From Candidatus Calescibacterium sp. (lineage in GTDB: Bacteria > Calescibacteriota > Calescibacteriia > Calescibacteriales > Calescibacteriaceae), in the NCBI GenBank assembly GCA_032249135.1, contig JAVVGL010000004.1:1-64000 (forward strand): 64,000 nt of DNA, in the 5' to 3' direction. Below are positions 18,720-28,595 of the stretch, one piece after another. A program made the translations under genes and the position numbers. Within the stretch, counting starts at the first letter, position 1. Each line of letters opens with the position of its first letter. The notes under the pieces are model-generated. The model was not told the DNA's origin. It saw nothing but the letters and a program-made list of their open reading frames with translations, and ran no database searches.

Positions 18720-21023
18720 CTATTCTTCTTTTTTCTGTTGTGTTGAGGGCAGTCCCACATATATTAGTTTTTTGTCGTGTCTTTTGACTATTCCCATTTC
18801 TTCCATTTCTTCTACGATTCTTGCGGCTCTGTTAAAACCTATCCCGAGTTTTCTTTGTAAAAGTGAGATAGAGACTTGTCCATAGCTTTTAGCAATTTCT
18901 ATAGCTTCTTTAAATTTGGGATCTTTGTCTTCAAACTCTGCTGAAATTAAAATTTCTTCCTCCTCATCTTTAGATACAATTTCAATATACTCTGGTTCTC
19001 TTTGTGCTTTGAGATGCTCTACAACTCTGATTATTTCATCATCTGATGTGTAGGCGGCGTGTCCTCTTTGAGGAGTTATTCCAGGCATAGAGAAGAGAAA
19101 ATCTCCTTGTCCAAGTAGTGTTTCTGCTCCGTTTGTATCTAAAATAACTCGTGAGTTTACTTTATCAGAAACTCTTAAAGCTATTCTTGCTGGCAAATTT
19201 GATTTTATTATCCCAGTTACAACATCTGTTGAAGGTCTTTGTGTGGTAAGTATAAGGTGTATTCCAGCGGCTCTTGCCATCTGAGATAGTCTCATAACAT
19301 ATTCTTCAACTTTCTTTGCTGATGTTACCATAAGGTCTGCGAACTCATCTATTACAACTATTATTCTTGGAATTTTCTCTCCTGTTTTCTCTATAAAGTC
19401 ATCAAGATTTTTTGACTTTACTTTCTTCATCGCTTGATATCTTCTCATCATTTCTTCTACTGCCCATCTTAAAACATCTATTGCTCCTTTTGAGGTCGTT
19501 ACAACATCTGTTACAAGATTTGGAATACCGCTGTAAAGAGAAAACTCAAGCATTTTGGGATCAACAAGGATAAATTTCAAATCATCAGGCGGAAATCTCA
19601 TAAGCAAGCTAACGATTATTGTGTTCAATAATACACTTTTCCCGGACCCAGTTGTTCCGGCTACAAGTAGGTGCGGGAGTTTGTGCAAATCTATAACAAA
19701 TGGTCTTCCATATATATCTTTTCCTAGTGTCAGAGGAATTTTCATTTTTTTCGCTTCTGGTGCGTCAAAAACTTCTTTTAACCTCACAATATTTCTTTTT
19801 TTTCTTGGGACCTCAAAACCTACTGCTCCGCTTATTGGGACGGGTGCAACTATTCTTATCCCGGGTAGTCTCATAGCTATTGCTATATCATCGCCGAGAG
19901 AAACTATTTTTGTAGCTCTTATACCACTTTCTGGTATGAACTCAAAGAAATTCACGACAGGTCCTGACATCATAGATATTATTCTTCCCTTTATGCCAAA
20001 TGAGTTAAGGACATCTATTAATTCCCTTGCAACTTTTGTTAGAACTTCTGGTGGATCATATTCTACTGATTCAGGTTCATCAAGTAAAGATGGGGGTGGG
20101 AGTTGAAAACTATCTTTTTTCCCTTCCACGATCTCTGTCTCTTCTCTGTTTTCCGTTTCATCTTCTTCCGATTGAATTTCATTTTTTTGTGTTTGTTGTC
20201 TTATTTGATTTTTCTCTTTTTTTCTTTCATATCCTTCGGAATAATTATCTTTGTAGTATTCTCCTATTTTATTTTTTTCATCTAATCTTATGATTTGGGT
20301 TGTGTGTGATGTTTCATCTAAAAGTATTGTTCTGCTTTCTCTTTCACTTTTTATTTTCTTCTCATCTGCTTTTTGATTTTCATCATAATATTCGTTTTGA
20401 TAATCTTTTCCTTCATTTTGATGATCTTTTTCGTTCCATTTTTGTGTTTTGGTGATTGATCTTGGGCTTGTAGTAGTGCCTTCTGCTTTGTTCCTTATTT
20501 TTTGTATTTGTCTTGAAAAGTATGGAAAAAATGTGACTATTGATATTGCAAAGATTGCAGACGATAATATTGAAATAGATAGATTTTCGCTTATTCCTAA
20601 TTTTTTTATGAGTTCAGATATATAAATGCCTATTATACCTCCGAATTGATTATTCATGGTTGAGGCTATGCCTGCCAGCAGAACTGCTACTGATATAACG
20701 CTAAAAATTGGTAGAGGGTTTTTTATTTTCTCAAGAGCAAAAAGGGAATTAAACAACATGAGACCGAAGATCAGAAATACAAAAGGATACCCGAGAGAAA
20801 GGAACAATCCTCCGATTAATTTTTTTATTATGATTTGCGGGAAATTATTATGACCTAAAATGAAGGGTGATGATGGTACATCAGATACTATAAAGTAAGC
20901 TAATATTGTGGCACACAATACAACATTTAGTATTGATAATGCTTTCCATATCTTCATAAAACAAATTTTACAAAACCAATGAACCGAGCTATTATGGAAC
21001 AATAAAGTTTTCAAATGCTTCAT
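18720..21023 (-). CDS. ftsK: DNA translocase FtsK (start may be 20957)
   Basis: N-terminal TMs, PHLLVAGTTGSGKS, DPKMLE, IDEFADLM, ARAAGIHLILTTQRPS, gamma domain SISLLQRKLGIGFNRAARI. Confidence 0.96.
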   Translation of the reverse strand: MKHLKTLLFHNSSVHWFCKICFMKIWKALSILNVVLCATILAYFIVSDVPSSPFILGHNNFPQIIIKKLIGGLFLSLGYPFVFLIFGLMLFNSLFALEKIKNPLPIFSVISVAVLLAGIASTMNNQFGGIIGIYISELIKKLGISENLSISILSSAIFAISIVTFFPYFSRQIQKIRNKAEGTTTSPRSITKTQKWNEKDHQNEGKDYQNEYYDENQKADEKKIKSERESRTILLDETSHTTQIIRLDEKNKIGEYYKDNYSEGYERKKEKNQIRQQTQKNEIQSEEDETENREETEIVEGKKDSFQLPPPSLLDEPESVEYDPPEVLTKVARELIDVLNSFGIKGRIISMMSGPVVNFFEFIPESGIRATKIVSLGDDIAIAMRLPGIRIVAPVPISGAVGFEVPRKKRNIVRLKEVFDAPEAKKMKIPLTLGKDIYGRPFVIDLHKLPHLLVAGTTGSGKSVLLNTIIVSLLMRFPPDDLKFILVDPKMLEFSLYSGIPNLVTDVVTTSKGAIDVLRWAVEEMMRRYQAMKKVKSKNLDDFIEKTGEKIPRIIVVIDEFADLMVTSAKKVEEYVMRLSQMARAAGIHLILTTQRPSTDVVTGIIKSNLPARIALRVSDKVNSRVILDTNGAETLLGQGDFLFSMPGITPQRGHAAYTSDDEIIRVVEHLKAQREPEYIEIVSKDEEEEILISAEFEDKDPKFKEAIEIAKSYGQVSISLLQRKLGIGFNRAARIVEEMEEMGIVKRHDKKLIYVGLPSTQQKKEE

Positions 21024-21204
21024 GAAGTATCTAACTTTTTTGCGGAGCTTTCCACAATCATTTTTGATAAAAAGGTCAGGAATTTGTGAGGTCGGGGGAT
21101 TTTAGTTTAGCGAGACTTAAAATTTTGCAGATTTTTGAAAATTCCCTAAATAGCAACTTAGGTTAAAAGTAAGAAAAAAAGAGAAAAAGGAGGAAATAAA
21201 CAAG

Positions 21205-22149
21205 ATGAAAACGAAAATAACAGTTGTAGGAGCAGGAATGGTAGGAGGAACATTGGCTCAGAGGCTTGCGGAAAAAAACTTTGCAGAAATAGCTTTAATA
21301 GATATAATTGGAGACCTCGCTCGTGGTAAAGCTCTTGATATAGCCCAAAGTGCACCAATAATGGGGTACGACATAAACATTCAAGGTGGAGATTCATGGG
21401 AATTAGCACAGAACTCAGATATAGTCATAGTAACTGCGGGAGTTCCAAGAAAACCGGGAATGTCAAGGGAGGAGCTTTTAGAAATAAACTTCAAAATAGT
21501 AAAAGATACATCAGAGAAAATAAAAAAGTTCTGTCCAAATTCAATAGTAATAGTTGTCTCAAATCCACTTGATGCCATGACATATACAGCGTACAAAATA
21601 ACAGGATTTCCAAAAAACAGGATTATGGGAATGGCAGGTGTTTTAGATACTGCAAGATTCAGAGCTTTTCTTGGTATGGAGTTGGGGGTATCACCAAAAG
21701 ATATAAATGCTTTTGTTCTCGGGAGCCACGGAGACACTATGGTACCAGTCTTGAGCTACACACAAGTCGGAGGTGTCCCAGTGGAGAAATTGCTACCAAA
21801 AGAAAAACTTGAAAAAATAATAGAAAGAACAAGAAATGCAGGAGCAGAAATCGTATCTTTACTTAAAACTGGGTCAGCATACTATGCACCATCTGCCGCT
21901 GTTCTTGAAATGGTGGAGGCGATAGTTTTTGATAGAAAAAGGATTCTTCCATGTTGTGTTTTATGCGAGGGAGAGTATGGAATTAATGGTATATTCGTTG
22001 GTGTTCCCGTAATACTTGGAAAAAACGGAGTAGAGAAAATAGTTGAATTTGAACTCAAAGAAGAAGAATTGAAAGCGCTCAAAAGATCAGCAGAAGTGGT
22101 TAAATCCCTCCAAGAGGAAGTAGATAAATTAATCGCAAGGAAAGAGTAA
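21205..22149 (+). CDS. mdh: Malate dehydrogenase (LDH-like)
   Basis: GAGMVG, TAGVPRKPGMSR, SNPLDAM, LDTARF, LGSHGD, LLKTGSAYYAPS; AGGAGG RBS. Confidence 0.95.
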   Translation: MKTKITVVGAGMVGGTLAQRLAEKNFAEIALIDIIGDLARGKALDIAQSAPIMGYDINIQGGDSWELAQNSDIVIVTAGVPRKPGMSREELLEINFKIVKDTSEKIKKFCPNSIVIVVSNPLDAMTYTAYKITGFPKNRIMGMAGVLDTARFRAFLGMELGVSPKDINAFVLGSHGDTMVPVLSYTQVGGVPVEKLLPKEKLEKIIERTRNAGAEIVSLLKTGSAYYAPSAAVLEMVEAIVFDRKRILPCCVLCEGEYGINGIFVGVPVILGKNGVEKIVEFELKEEELKALKRSAEVVKSLQEEVDKLIARKE

Positions 22150-22186
22150 GTTACAATCCAAAAAAAGCTAAATTTTTATTTTCATT

Positions 22187-23008
22187 TCACTTCATATTTT
22201 CAAGAATATTTTTTGCTGTTTTAGCTTCTGGACTGTTCGGGAATTTTAAAATTACAGCTTGCAACATAAGTCGGGCATTCTTTGTATCTCCCAACCTCAT
22301 GAAAGCTTGACCTAATCTAAGATATGTTCTCGGTAAAATATCTGAATCTTTCCCTATCTTATCTTCGTCATTTACTATTCTCATCCACTCTGCAACTGAA
22401 CCTTTGTAATCACCTTTTCTGAAAAGGGCATCCCCGAGAGTAAAGCGAAGCTCATAAGAATCATATCCCGAAGATACCAACGAGTTGATAATATTTATGG
22501 CATCATCAATTTTGCCATTCACTATGAGTTCTTTTGCATTATCTAATTTTGCCTTCGCTTCTTTTTCCTCCAACTTCTTATTATTACTACCTAATTTCTC
22601 ATCTTTTTCCTTCTTTTCCTTACCTTCAAATCTTGATTCAAGCATACTTAACTTGACTTCAATCAAGCTTAACCTCCTTTCAAGTTGCGAGAGATCTAAC
22701 CTGAGCTTTTCTAAATCAGACAATACACCAGATTGTTTTGCTGTCCTTTCATCAACAGTAGAAATTTTAGCCTCCATATCAGCAAGAATTTTCCTTATCT
22801 TTTCCAATTCTTTCCTCGTATTTTCAACATATTCTTCGGTTTTCACCTGACGAGCCTCAATATTATCAATCCTTGTATTTACTTTCTGAAGCGTATAGCA
22901 AGATGGGGAAAAAACTGAAATAAAAGCTAACAATAAAACAAGTTTGAAAAGATAAGGATGGATAGCGATAAAGCCATTTTCTTTCTCCCGTCGCATTACA
23001 GATAACAT
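22187..23008 (-). CDS. Cell division coordinator CpoB/YbgF-like lipoprotein
   Basis: Lipobox SPSC, long coiled coil, TPRs ending VILKFPNSPEAKTA. Confidence 0.7.
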   Translation of the reverse strand: MLSVMRREKENGFIAIHPYLFKLVLLLAFISVFSPSCYTLQKVNTRIDNIEARQVKTEEYVENTRKELEKIRKILADMEAKISTVDERTAKQSGVLSDLEKLRLDLSQLERRLSLIEVKLSMLESRFEGKEKKEKDEKLGSNNKKLEEKEAKAKLDNAKELIVNGKIDDAINIINSLVSSGYDSYELRFTLGDALFRKGDYKGSVAEWMRIVNDEDKIGKDSDILPRTYLRLGQAFMRLGDTKNARLMLQAVILKFPNSPEAKTAKNILENMK

Positions 23009-23128
23009 TTAAAAAAAATAAAAAATCAAAACAAGAAAATCTAAATTAAAAACTTTATTAGCTCAAAAATAAGTAAAGCAAAAAATAAGGAACTTTAAGA
23101 TAAAAATTTTAAAATAAATTTTATTGGG

Positions 23129-24328
23129 ATGTTTGAGAGTGAGTTTATAGTTTTTGAAAACTTCCCCCGTCTCAAAAGACTTCCCGCCTACATACTTTCT
23201 GCAATAAACCAGAAAAAACAAGAACTCAGAAGAAAAGGAGTAGATGTAATAGATCTTGGAATGGGAAATCCAAATATCCCAGCACCTCCACAAGTTGTAA
23301 ATAAAATAAAGGAAGCAGTTGAGGATCCAAGAAACCACAGATACTCAATTACATACGGTCTTCCGAAACTCAGAGAAGAAATAGCAAAAAGATACAAAAA
23401 TGTATGGAATGTAGAACTTGATCCAGAAAGCGAAGTAGTATCTGTAAACGGGACAAAAATGGGATTTTTCCAGCTTATGCTCGCAATTTTGTCTCAGGGA
23501 GATACAGTTCTTGTTCCAGAACCAGCATATCCTGCCCATCTTTATGCTCCAATAATAGCAGGAGCAGATGTCAGAACATTTCCGATGAATGGAGATTTTT
23601 TTGGGAACCTTGAAAAAGTTCTGAAAACAACTTATCCGAAACCAAAAGCAATCGTAATTTCGTTTCCTAACAACCCAACTACAAAGTGCGTAGATTTGGA
23701 ATTTTTCAGAAAAATAGTGGATTTTGCAATCTCTGAGGGAATATGGCTCATTCACGATTTTGCATACGCAGATATTGTTTTTGATGGATACGAAGCTCCC
23801 TCAATATTACAAATAAAAGAAGCAAAAAAAATAGCAATAGAGTTTTACTCAATGTCAAAAGGATTTTGTATGGCTGGATTCAGAATAGGTTTTGCACTCG
23901 GAAATCCAACACTTATTTCTGCGCTATCAAAAATAAAAAGCTGGATGGAATACGGAGTATTTCAACCTATACAAATTTCAGCGATAATAGCTATGAGAGA
24001 GGCAGCAGATTATCCTAAAAAAGTAGCTCAAATATATCAGAAAAGAAGAGATGTAGTAGTAAGCTGGCTAAGAAAAATTGGGTGGGAAATTGAAGCACCG
24101 CAAGGTTCCATGTTCGTTTGGGCAAAAATCCCTCAAGATTTCCAAAAACTTGGATCAATAAAATTCTCCGAACTTCTTCTTGAAAAAGCAGAGGTCGCAG
24201 TAGCACCGGGAGTAGCCTTCGGTCAATCAGGTGAAGGTTACATAAGAATAGCTCTCGTTGAAAATGAAAACAGAATAAAACAGGCTATGAGAAACATAAG
24301 GAGATTTATGGAAAATGGTAAAATATAG
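23129..24328 (+). CDS. Class I/II PLP aminotransferase (AlaC / LL-DAP aminotransferase-like)
   Basis: RLPAY, DLGMGNP, FPNNPT, HDFAYAD, SMSKGFCMAGFRIG, GEGYIRIALVENENRIKQA. Confidence 0.88.
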   Translation: MFESEFIVFENFPRLKRLPAYILSAINQKKQELRRKGVDVIDLGMGNPNIPAPPQVVNKIKEAVEDPRNHRYSITYGLPKLREEIAKRYKNVWNVELDPESEVVSVNGTKMGFFQLMLAILSQGDTVLVPEPAYPAHLYAPIIAGADVRTFPMNGDFFGNLEKVLKTTYPKPKAIVISFPNNPTTKCVDLEFFRKIVDFAISEGIWLIHDFAYADIVFDGYEAPSILQIKEAKKIAIEFYSMSKGFCMAGFRIGFALGNPTLISALSKIKSWMEYGVFQPIQISAIIAMREAADYPKKVAQIYQKRRDVVVSWLRKIGWEIEAPQGSMFVWAKIPQDFQKLGSIKFSELLLEKAEVAVAPGVAFGQSGEGYIRIALVENENRIKQAMRNIRRFMENGKI

Positions 24329-24395
24329 AAAGAAAACCAAGAAAATAGTAGAAAGGGAAAAATAAAAACAAAGTAAGAATCCCTACTTTTACAAG

Positions 24396-25586
24396 ATGGA
24401 AAATTTCGGAGAAAAAGGAAGTTTGAGCGAAAAAGAAAATTCAAAAGAAAAAGAAGATTTGAAAGAAAAGGAGAACTCGAAAGAGAAAGAGAATTTGCGA
24501 GTAAATTTAAAAAGAATTCTTGAAGAGGCTCTGAAATCAGCAGAAAATTCTGAATGGATTTTCTTAATTCAAGATAAAGTAGCAGAAAAAGAACTGCAAA
24601 AGCTAAATGAAAATTTAAAAAAAATCAAAGGAGAGATATTTTGGATAGGTATAGGAGGTTCATCGTCCGGACCCCGAGCTATATTCAAGTTAAGCGAAAT
24701 TGATGTGAAATTTTTTGAATCACCAGAAGATAAATTTGATCTGCAAGAGAAAATTAAAAAGAGCAAAAATTACACGCTTTACATCGTATCAAAATCTGGT
24801 GAAACTTTTGAGACAATATCTTTAATGAAAACAGCTGAAAAATTGATCAGAAATCAAAATCAGAAAAAAAAGAGAAACTTTGATATTTTAGTTATCACAA
24901 CGCACAATGAGAATACCCCTCTTTATAAATTTGCTCAAAAAAATCAAGCCAAAATAATTCATTTTCCTGAAAAACTATCGGGAAGGTTTTCAACTTTCTT
25001 CATATCATATCCTTTACTAAAACTTACAAAAGAAAATATACTCAAAAAAGTAAAAAGAGGAATAGAAAAAGTAAGAAAAAATATTTTTGACGAAAATTCC
25101 CTACACTTCAAATTAACTGAATTTCTTTTAGAGAATATAGAAAAAAGAAAAAATCAGAATTTGTTTTTATGTTTTTATTCAAGAAAACTTTTTGAGCTAG
25201 GAGAAATAACTTCACAACTTATAGGAGAAAGTCTCGGTAAAGATGGAAAAGGGATAACTCCTATGCCAATTCTTGGTCCACATTTTCAGCATTCAATAGC
25301 TCAACTTATTCTGGCAAATCCAAATCAAAAATGTGCAATTTTCATTCTACCAAAAAACAAAGCAAAATACAAAGAAAATTTAAAGGAAGCAGAAGCTACA
25401 TTCAAAGTTTTCTTCGCCAAAATTCCAGTTATGAAAATTGAAATAGAAGAAACACCAGAAGATATTTCCTACTTTCTTTTTTCATTTAAGATATCAATAG
25501 CTCTTGCAGGAAAAATTATGGGAATAAATCCTTTTGACCAACCCGAAGTAAAGAAAATAAGAGATATTCTACTTGGAAAAAATTGA
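24396..25586 (+). CDS. pgi: Glucose-6-phosphate isomerase-like protein (divergent)
   Basis: GIGGS, SKSGETFET, GRFS, QLIGESLGK, QHS, INPFDQP. Confidence 0.75.
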   Translation: MENFGEKGSLSEKENSKEKEDLKEKENSKEKENLRVNLKRILEEALKSAENSEWIFLIQDKVAEKELQKLNENLKKIKGEIFWIGIGGSSSGPRAIFKLSEIDVKFFESPEDKFDLQEKIKKSKNYTLYIVSKSGETFETISLMKTAEKLIRNQNQKKKRNFDILVITTHNENTPLYKFAQKNQAKIIHFPEKLSGRFSTFFISYPLLKLTKENILKKVKRGIEKVRKNIFDENSLHFKLTEFLLENIEKRKNQNLFLCFYSRKLFELGEITSQLIGESLGKDGKGITPMPILGPHFQHSIAQLILANPNQKCAIFILPKNKAKYKENLKEAEATFKVFFAKIPVMKIEIEETPEDISYFLFSFKISIALAGKIMGINPFDQPEVKKIRDILLGKN

Positions 25587-25788
25587 GCCGGCGAAAATTA
25601 ATTAAAAACAAAATATTTAAGCGAAAAACCTATAAAAACGCAAAAACAGTGCATTTTTAACTAATTAGATACCGAAAACAATTAGGAGAAAGAAAAATAA
25701 ACTGAAAGAATAATGATAAAAAAAATAATAAAAAATAAACTGAATTATTAGCTTAAAAATAAAACAAAAAATTAGGAGGTGGAAACTA

Positions 25789-26640
25789 ATGATAGGAATA
25801 ATAGGAGGTACAGGACTTTACAAAATAGAAGGATTGAAGGTAAAGGAAGAGGTAGAAGTCGAAACACCGTTCGGGAAGCCATCAGACAAAATAGTCATAG
25901 GAGAGCTTGAAGGGAAAAAAGTTGCTTTTCTTCCAAGACACGGGAGAAATCATACTATTCCTCCGCATAAAATAAATTTCAGAGCAAATATATTTGCACT
26001 AAAAAAATTGGGAGTCCAAAGAATAGTGAGTGTATCAGCAGTAGGTAGCATGAAAGAACATATAAGACCCGGAGATGCGGTAATAGTCTCACAATTTTTA
26101 GATATGACAGTTTCAAGACCAAGAACTTTTTTTGAAGATGGGATAGTAGCTCATGTTGGATTCGCTGAACCGGTATGTCCAGAAATTTTTGAAGCACTTG
26201 CAGAATCAGCAAAAGAGGCAGGAGTAGTTACACACAAAGGTGGAACATATATATGCATAGAAGGACCGCAATTTTCAACAAAAGCAGCAAGTTTGCTGTG
26301 GAGAAAATTTGATGTAGATGTTATAGGAATGACGAACTTGCCCGAAGCATATCTTGCAAGAGAAGCCGAAATATGTTATGGTACTTTGGCTTTCCCAACA
26401 GATTATGACTGCTGGTACGAAGGAGAGGAAGAAGTTACAGCTCAAATGGTTGTGGAAAATCTGAAAAAAAACATAGAAAAAGCAAAAAAGATTTTGAAGA
26501 TATTCCTGAGAAAAATAAAAGATGAAAGAAATTGCCCATGCAAAGATGCTCTCAAATTCGCAATCGTCACAGAAAAAGATAAAATCCCAGAAGAAACAAA
26601 GAAAAAACTTGAACCAATAATAGGGAAATACCTGAAATAA
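25789..26640 (+). CDS. mtnP: S-methyl-5'-thioadenosine phosphorylase
   Basis: GIIGGTG, TPFGKPS, PRHG, SAVGSM, EGPQFST, GMT, TDYDCW. Confidence 0.93.
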   Translation: MIGIIGGTGLYKIEGLKVKEEVEVETPFGKPSDKIVIGELEGKKVAFLPRHGRNHTIPPHKINFRANIFALKKLGVQRIVSVSAVGSMKEHIRPGDAVIVSQFLDMTVSRPRTFFEDGIVAHVGFAEPVCPEIFEALAESAKEAGVVTHKGGTYICIEGPQFSTKAASLLWRKFDVDVIGMTNLPEAYLAREAEICYGTLAFPTDYDCWYEGEEEVTAQMVVENLKKNIEKAKKILKIFLRKIKDERNCPCKDALKFAIVTEKDKIPEETKKKLEPIIGKYLK

Positions 26641-26694
26641 AAAGATTGAAATGAAAGATATAGAAAACTAAAACAAAAGGGGAGAGAATCAGAA

Positions 26695-27483
26695 ATGAAG
26701 ATTGCGATTTGTGGTATTTTGGGAAAGATGGGGAAGGAAATTGTGAATGTTGCTTATGAGAAGAGAGTTAAAATATGTGCAGGAATTGAAAGAAAAGAAT
26801 TTGAAGGAAAAAGCTCAAAAGAATTCTTCCCTTTTATTCCTTATGATTTCCCAATAATATCAAGCGAAGAAGCTCTAAAAAAAATTCACGAAAGAGAAAA
26901 AATAGATGTGATAATAGACTTTTCACACAGAGGAGTTATAATTCCGTATCTCAAGTTTGTATATGAAAACAAAATGGATATAGGTTTTGTTATAGGTACA
27001 ACTGGTTTTTCAGATGAGGAGATAGATTTCATAAAAAAGTGTTCCGAAAGTATTCCCATATTCTTTTCTTACAATATGAGCAGAGGAATAAACTTACTTT
27101 TGAAAAAAATACTACCTGAAATAAAAAAGAGTTTGCCAGATTTTGATGTAGAAATTGTTGAAATACATCACAAGATGAAAAAAGATGCTCCATCTGGCAC
27201 AGCGTTGAAGCTCGCAGAAGTTCTCGGAGGACAAAAAATTTTTGGAAGAAGCGGCATAGTTGGTCCAAGACCAGAAAATGAACTTGGTATATTTGCGGTA
27301 AGAGGAGGAGATGTCGTAGGAGACCACATAATATTTTTTTTAGGAGATGGGGAAAGAATTGAGATAGTTCATAGGGCATCATCAAGGCGAGTCTTTGCGG
27401 TCGGAGCAATCAAAGCAGCAGAAATAGTCTTTGAAAGAAAAGAAAAAGGACAAAAAGGTCTGATAACCTCATTCTTTGAATAA
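26695..27483 (+). CDS. dapB: 4-hydroxy-tetrahydrodipicolinate reductase
   Basis: GKMG, IDFS, GTTGF, EIHHKMKKDAPSGTA, RGGDVVGDH. Confidence 0.95.
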   Translation: MKIAICGILGKMGKEIVNVAYEKRVKICAGIERKEFEGKSSKEFFPFIPYDFPIISSEEALKKIHEREKIDVIIDFSHRGVIIPYLKFVYENKMDIGFVIGTTGFSDEEIDFIKKCSESIPIFFSYNMSRGINLLLKKILPEIKKSLPDFDVEIVEIHHKMKKDAPSGTALKLAEVLGGQKIFGRSGIVGPRPENELGIFAVRGGDVVGDHIIFFLGDGERIEIVHRASSRRVFAVGAIKAAEIVFERKEKGQKGLITSFFE

Positions 27484-27587
27484 AATCAATTTTTGAGTGA
27501 GTAAAAACACAAATTCAAAAACTCAAATAAGTAAAATCATTTCCTGAACTTCAAACGAGATTTCAAACCGAAATTATAGTAGAGAGA

Positions 27588-28499
27588 ATGAAAAAGCACA
27601 AACATATAAATCAAAAATACAAAAAGGAACTGAAAAGGTTTGACCTGATTCTGAAAGAAATTTTTTCAAAAGCAGTAGTGAAAATTTTTTGGTTAGCAAC
27701 CGGTCAAAAAATATACGGGAAAGCAAGAGTTTTACCAACTGAAATAAGATTTGTAAAATCTTTTTACTCTGATATCTTGCTTGAAATCGCAGAAAAAATA
27801 ATACACATAGAAATTCAGGTTCAGCAAGATAAAACCTTACCTGAAAGAATGCTTGACTATTTTTATGCTATAAGAAAAAAATATGGTAAAACTCCAACAC
27901 AAATAGTTTTATTCGTAGGCAAGGGAAATCCTCCACTAAGCAAGTTTGAACTACAAGATGAATTTGGAGCACAAAGTTTATCTTTCAATTTCATAGTGTT
28001 AGATATGAAGAAAATTGATCCGGACGAGTTTATAAAAAGTGATAAGCCAGAGGAGGTTTTAGTCGGAGTTTTAGCAGGGAAATTCAAAGATAAGCCTGAA
28101 ATAATAAAAAAGGTTAAAAAAAGAATTGTAGAAATTGTGAAAGATGAGAAAGAAATTGCTAAATATATAGATAGCATAAGCTTTTTAGCTAGTTTATTTG
28201 ATGTTGAAATAGAGGTAAAACCTATGCCAATTGAAGTAGACATAAGGAAAACCTTCCTTTATAAATGGGGAGAGCGGAAAGGTTTTGAGAGGGGGTTAAA
28301 AGAAGCAATTTCGGGCATTATCCAAGCAAAATTTGGTAGTCAAAAAGTAAAACTAATCAAAAACATTTTAGATAAGATAGACGACATAGATTACCTAAAA
28401 AAGATAAAAAAGGAAGCAATAAGAGCAAAAACCTGGGAGGATTTCATAAAGGTTCTAAAAAACCCAAATTCAAAAAACAAAAATTCAAAAGGTAAGTAG
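27588..28499 (+). CDS. Rpn-like PD-(D/E)XK nuclease (putative transposase family)
   Basis: FDLILKEIF, SDILL, HIEIQ, LPERMLDY, QIVLFVGK; C-terminal G.ERGLKE..KFG helical domain. Confidence 0.75.
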   Translation: MKKHKHINQKYKKELKRFDLILKEIFSKAVVKIFWLATGQKIYGKARVLPTEIRFVKSFYSDILLEIAEKIIHIEIQVQQDKTLPERMLDYFYAIRKKYGKTPTQIVLFVGKGNPPLSKFELQDEFGAQSLSFNFIVLDMKKIDPDEFIKSDKPEEVLVGVLAGKFKDKPEIIKKVKKRIVEIVKDEKEIAKYIDSISFLASLFDVEIEVKPMPIEVDIRKTFLYKWGERKGFERGLKEAISGIIQAKFGSQKVKLIKNILDKIDDIDYLKKIKKEAIRAKTWEDFIKVLKNPNSKNKNSKGK

Positions 28500-28595
28500 T
28501 AGTAGTAGAAAGTAATATAAGGTGCAACTCCTCCTGAAACAAGATTCATATCAATAGATAAAAGCAAGCTGGAATTTCAGAATGAAAAAGCAAGA

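Noticed and set aside
21040-21200. Replication origin at the skew flip
   Set aside because: Only one weak DnaA-box-like match (ctttccaca); no cluster and no dnaA nearby
25587-25788. A-rich intergenic region with aaaaataaactgaa twice
   Set aside because: Low complexity with no structure or ORF; not distinguishable from background
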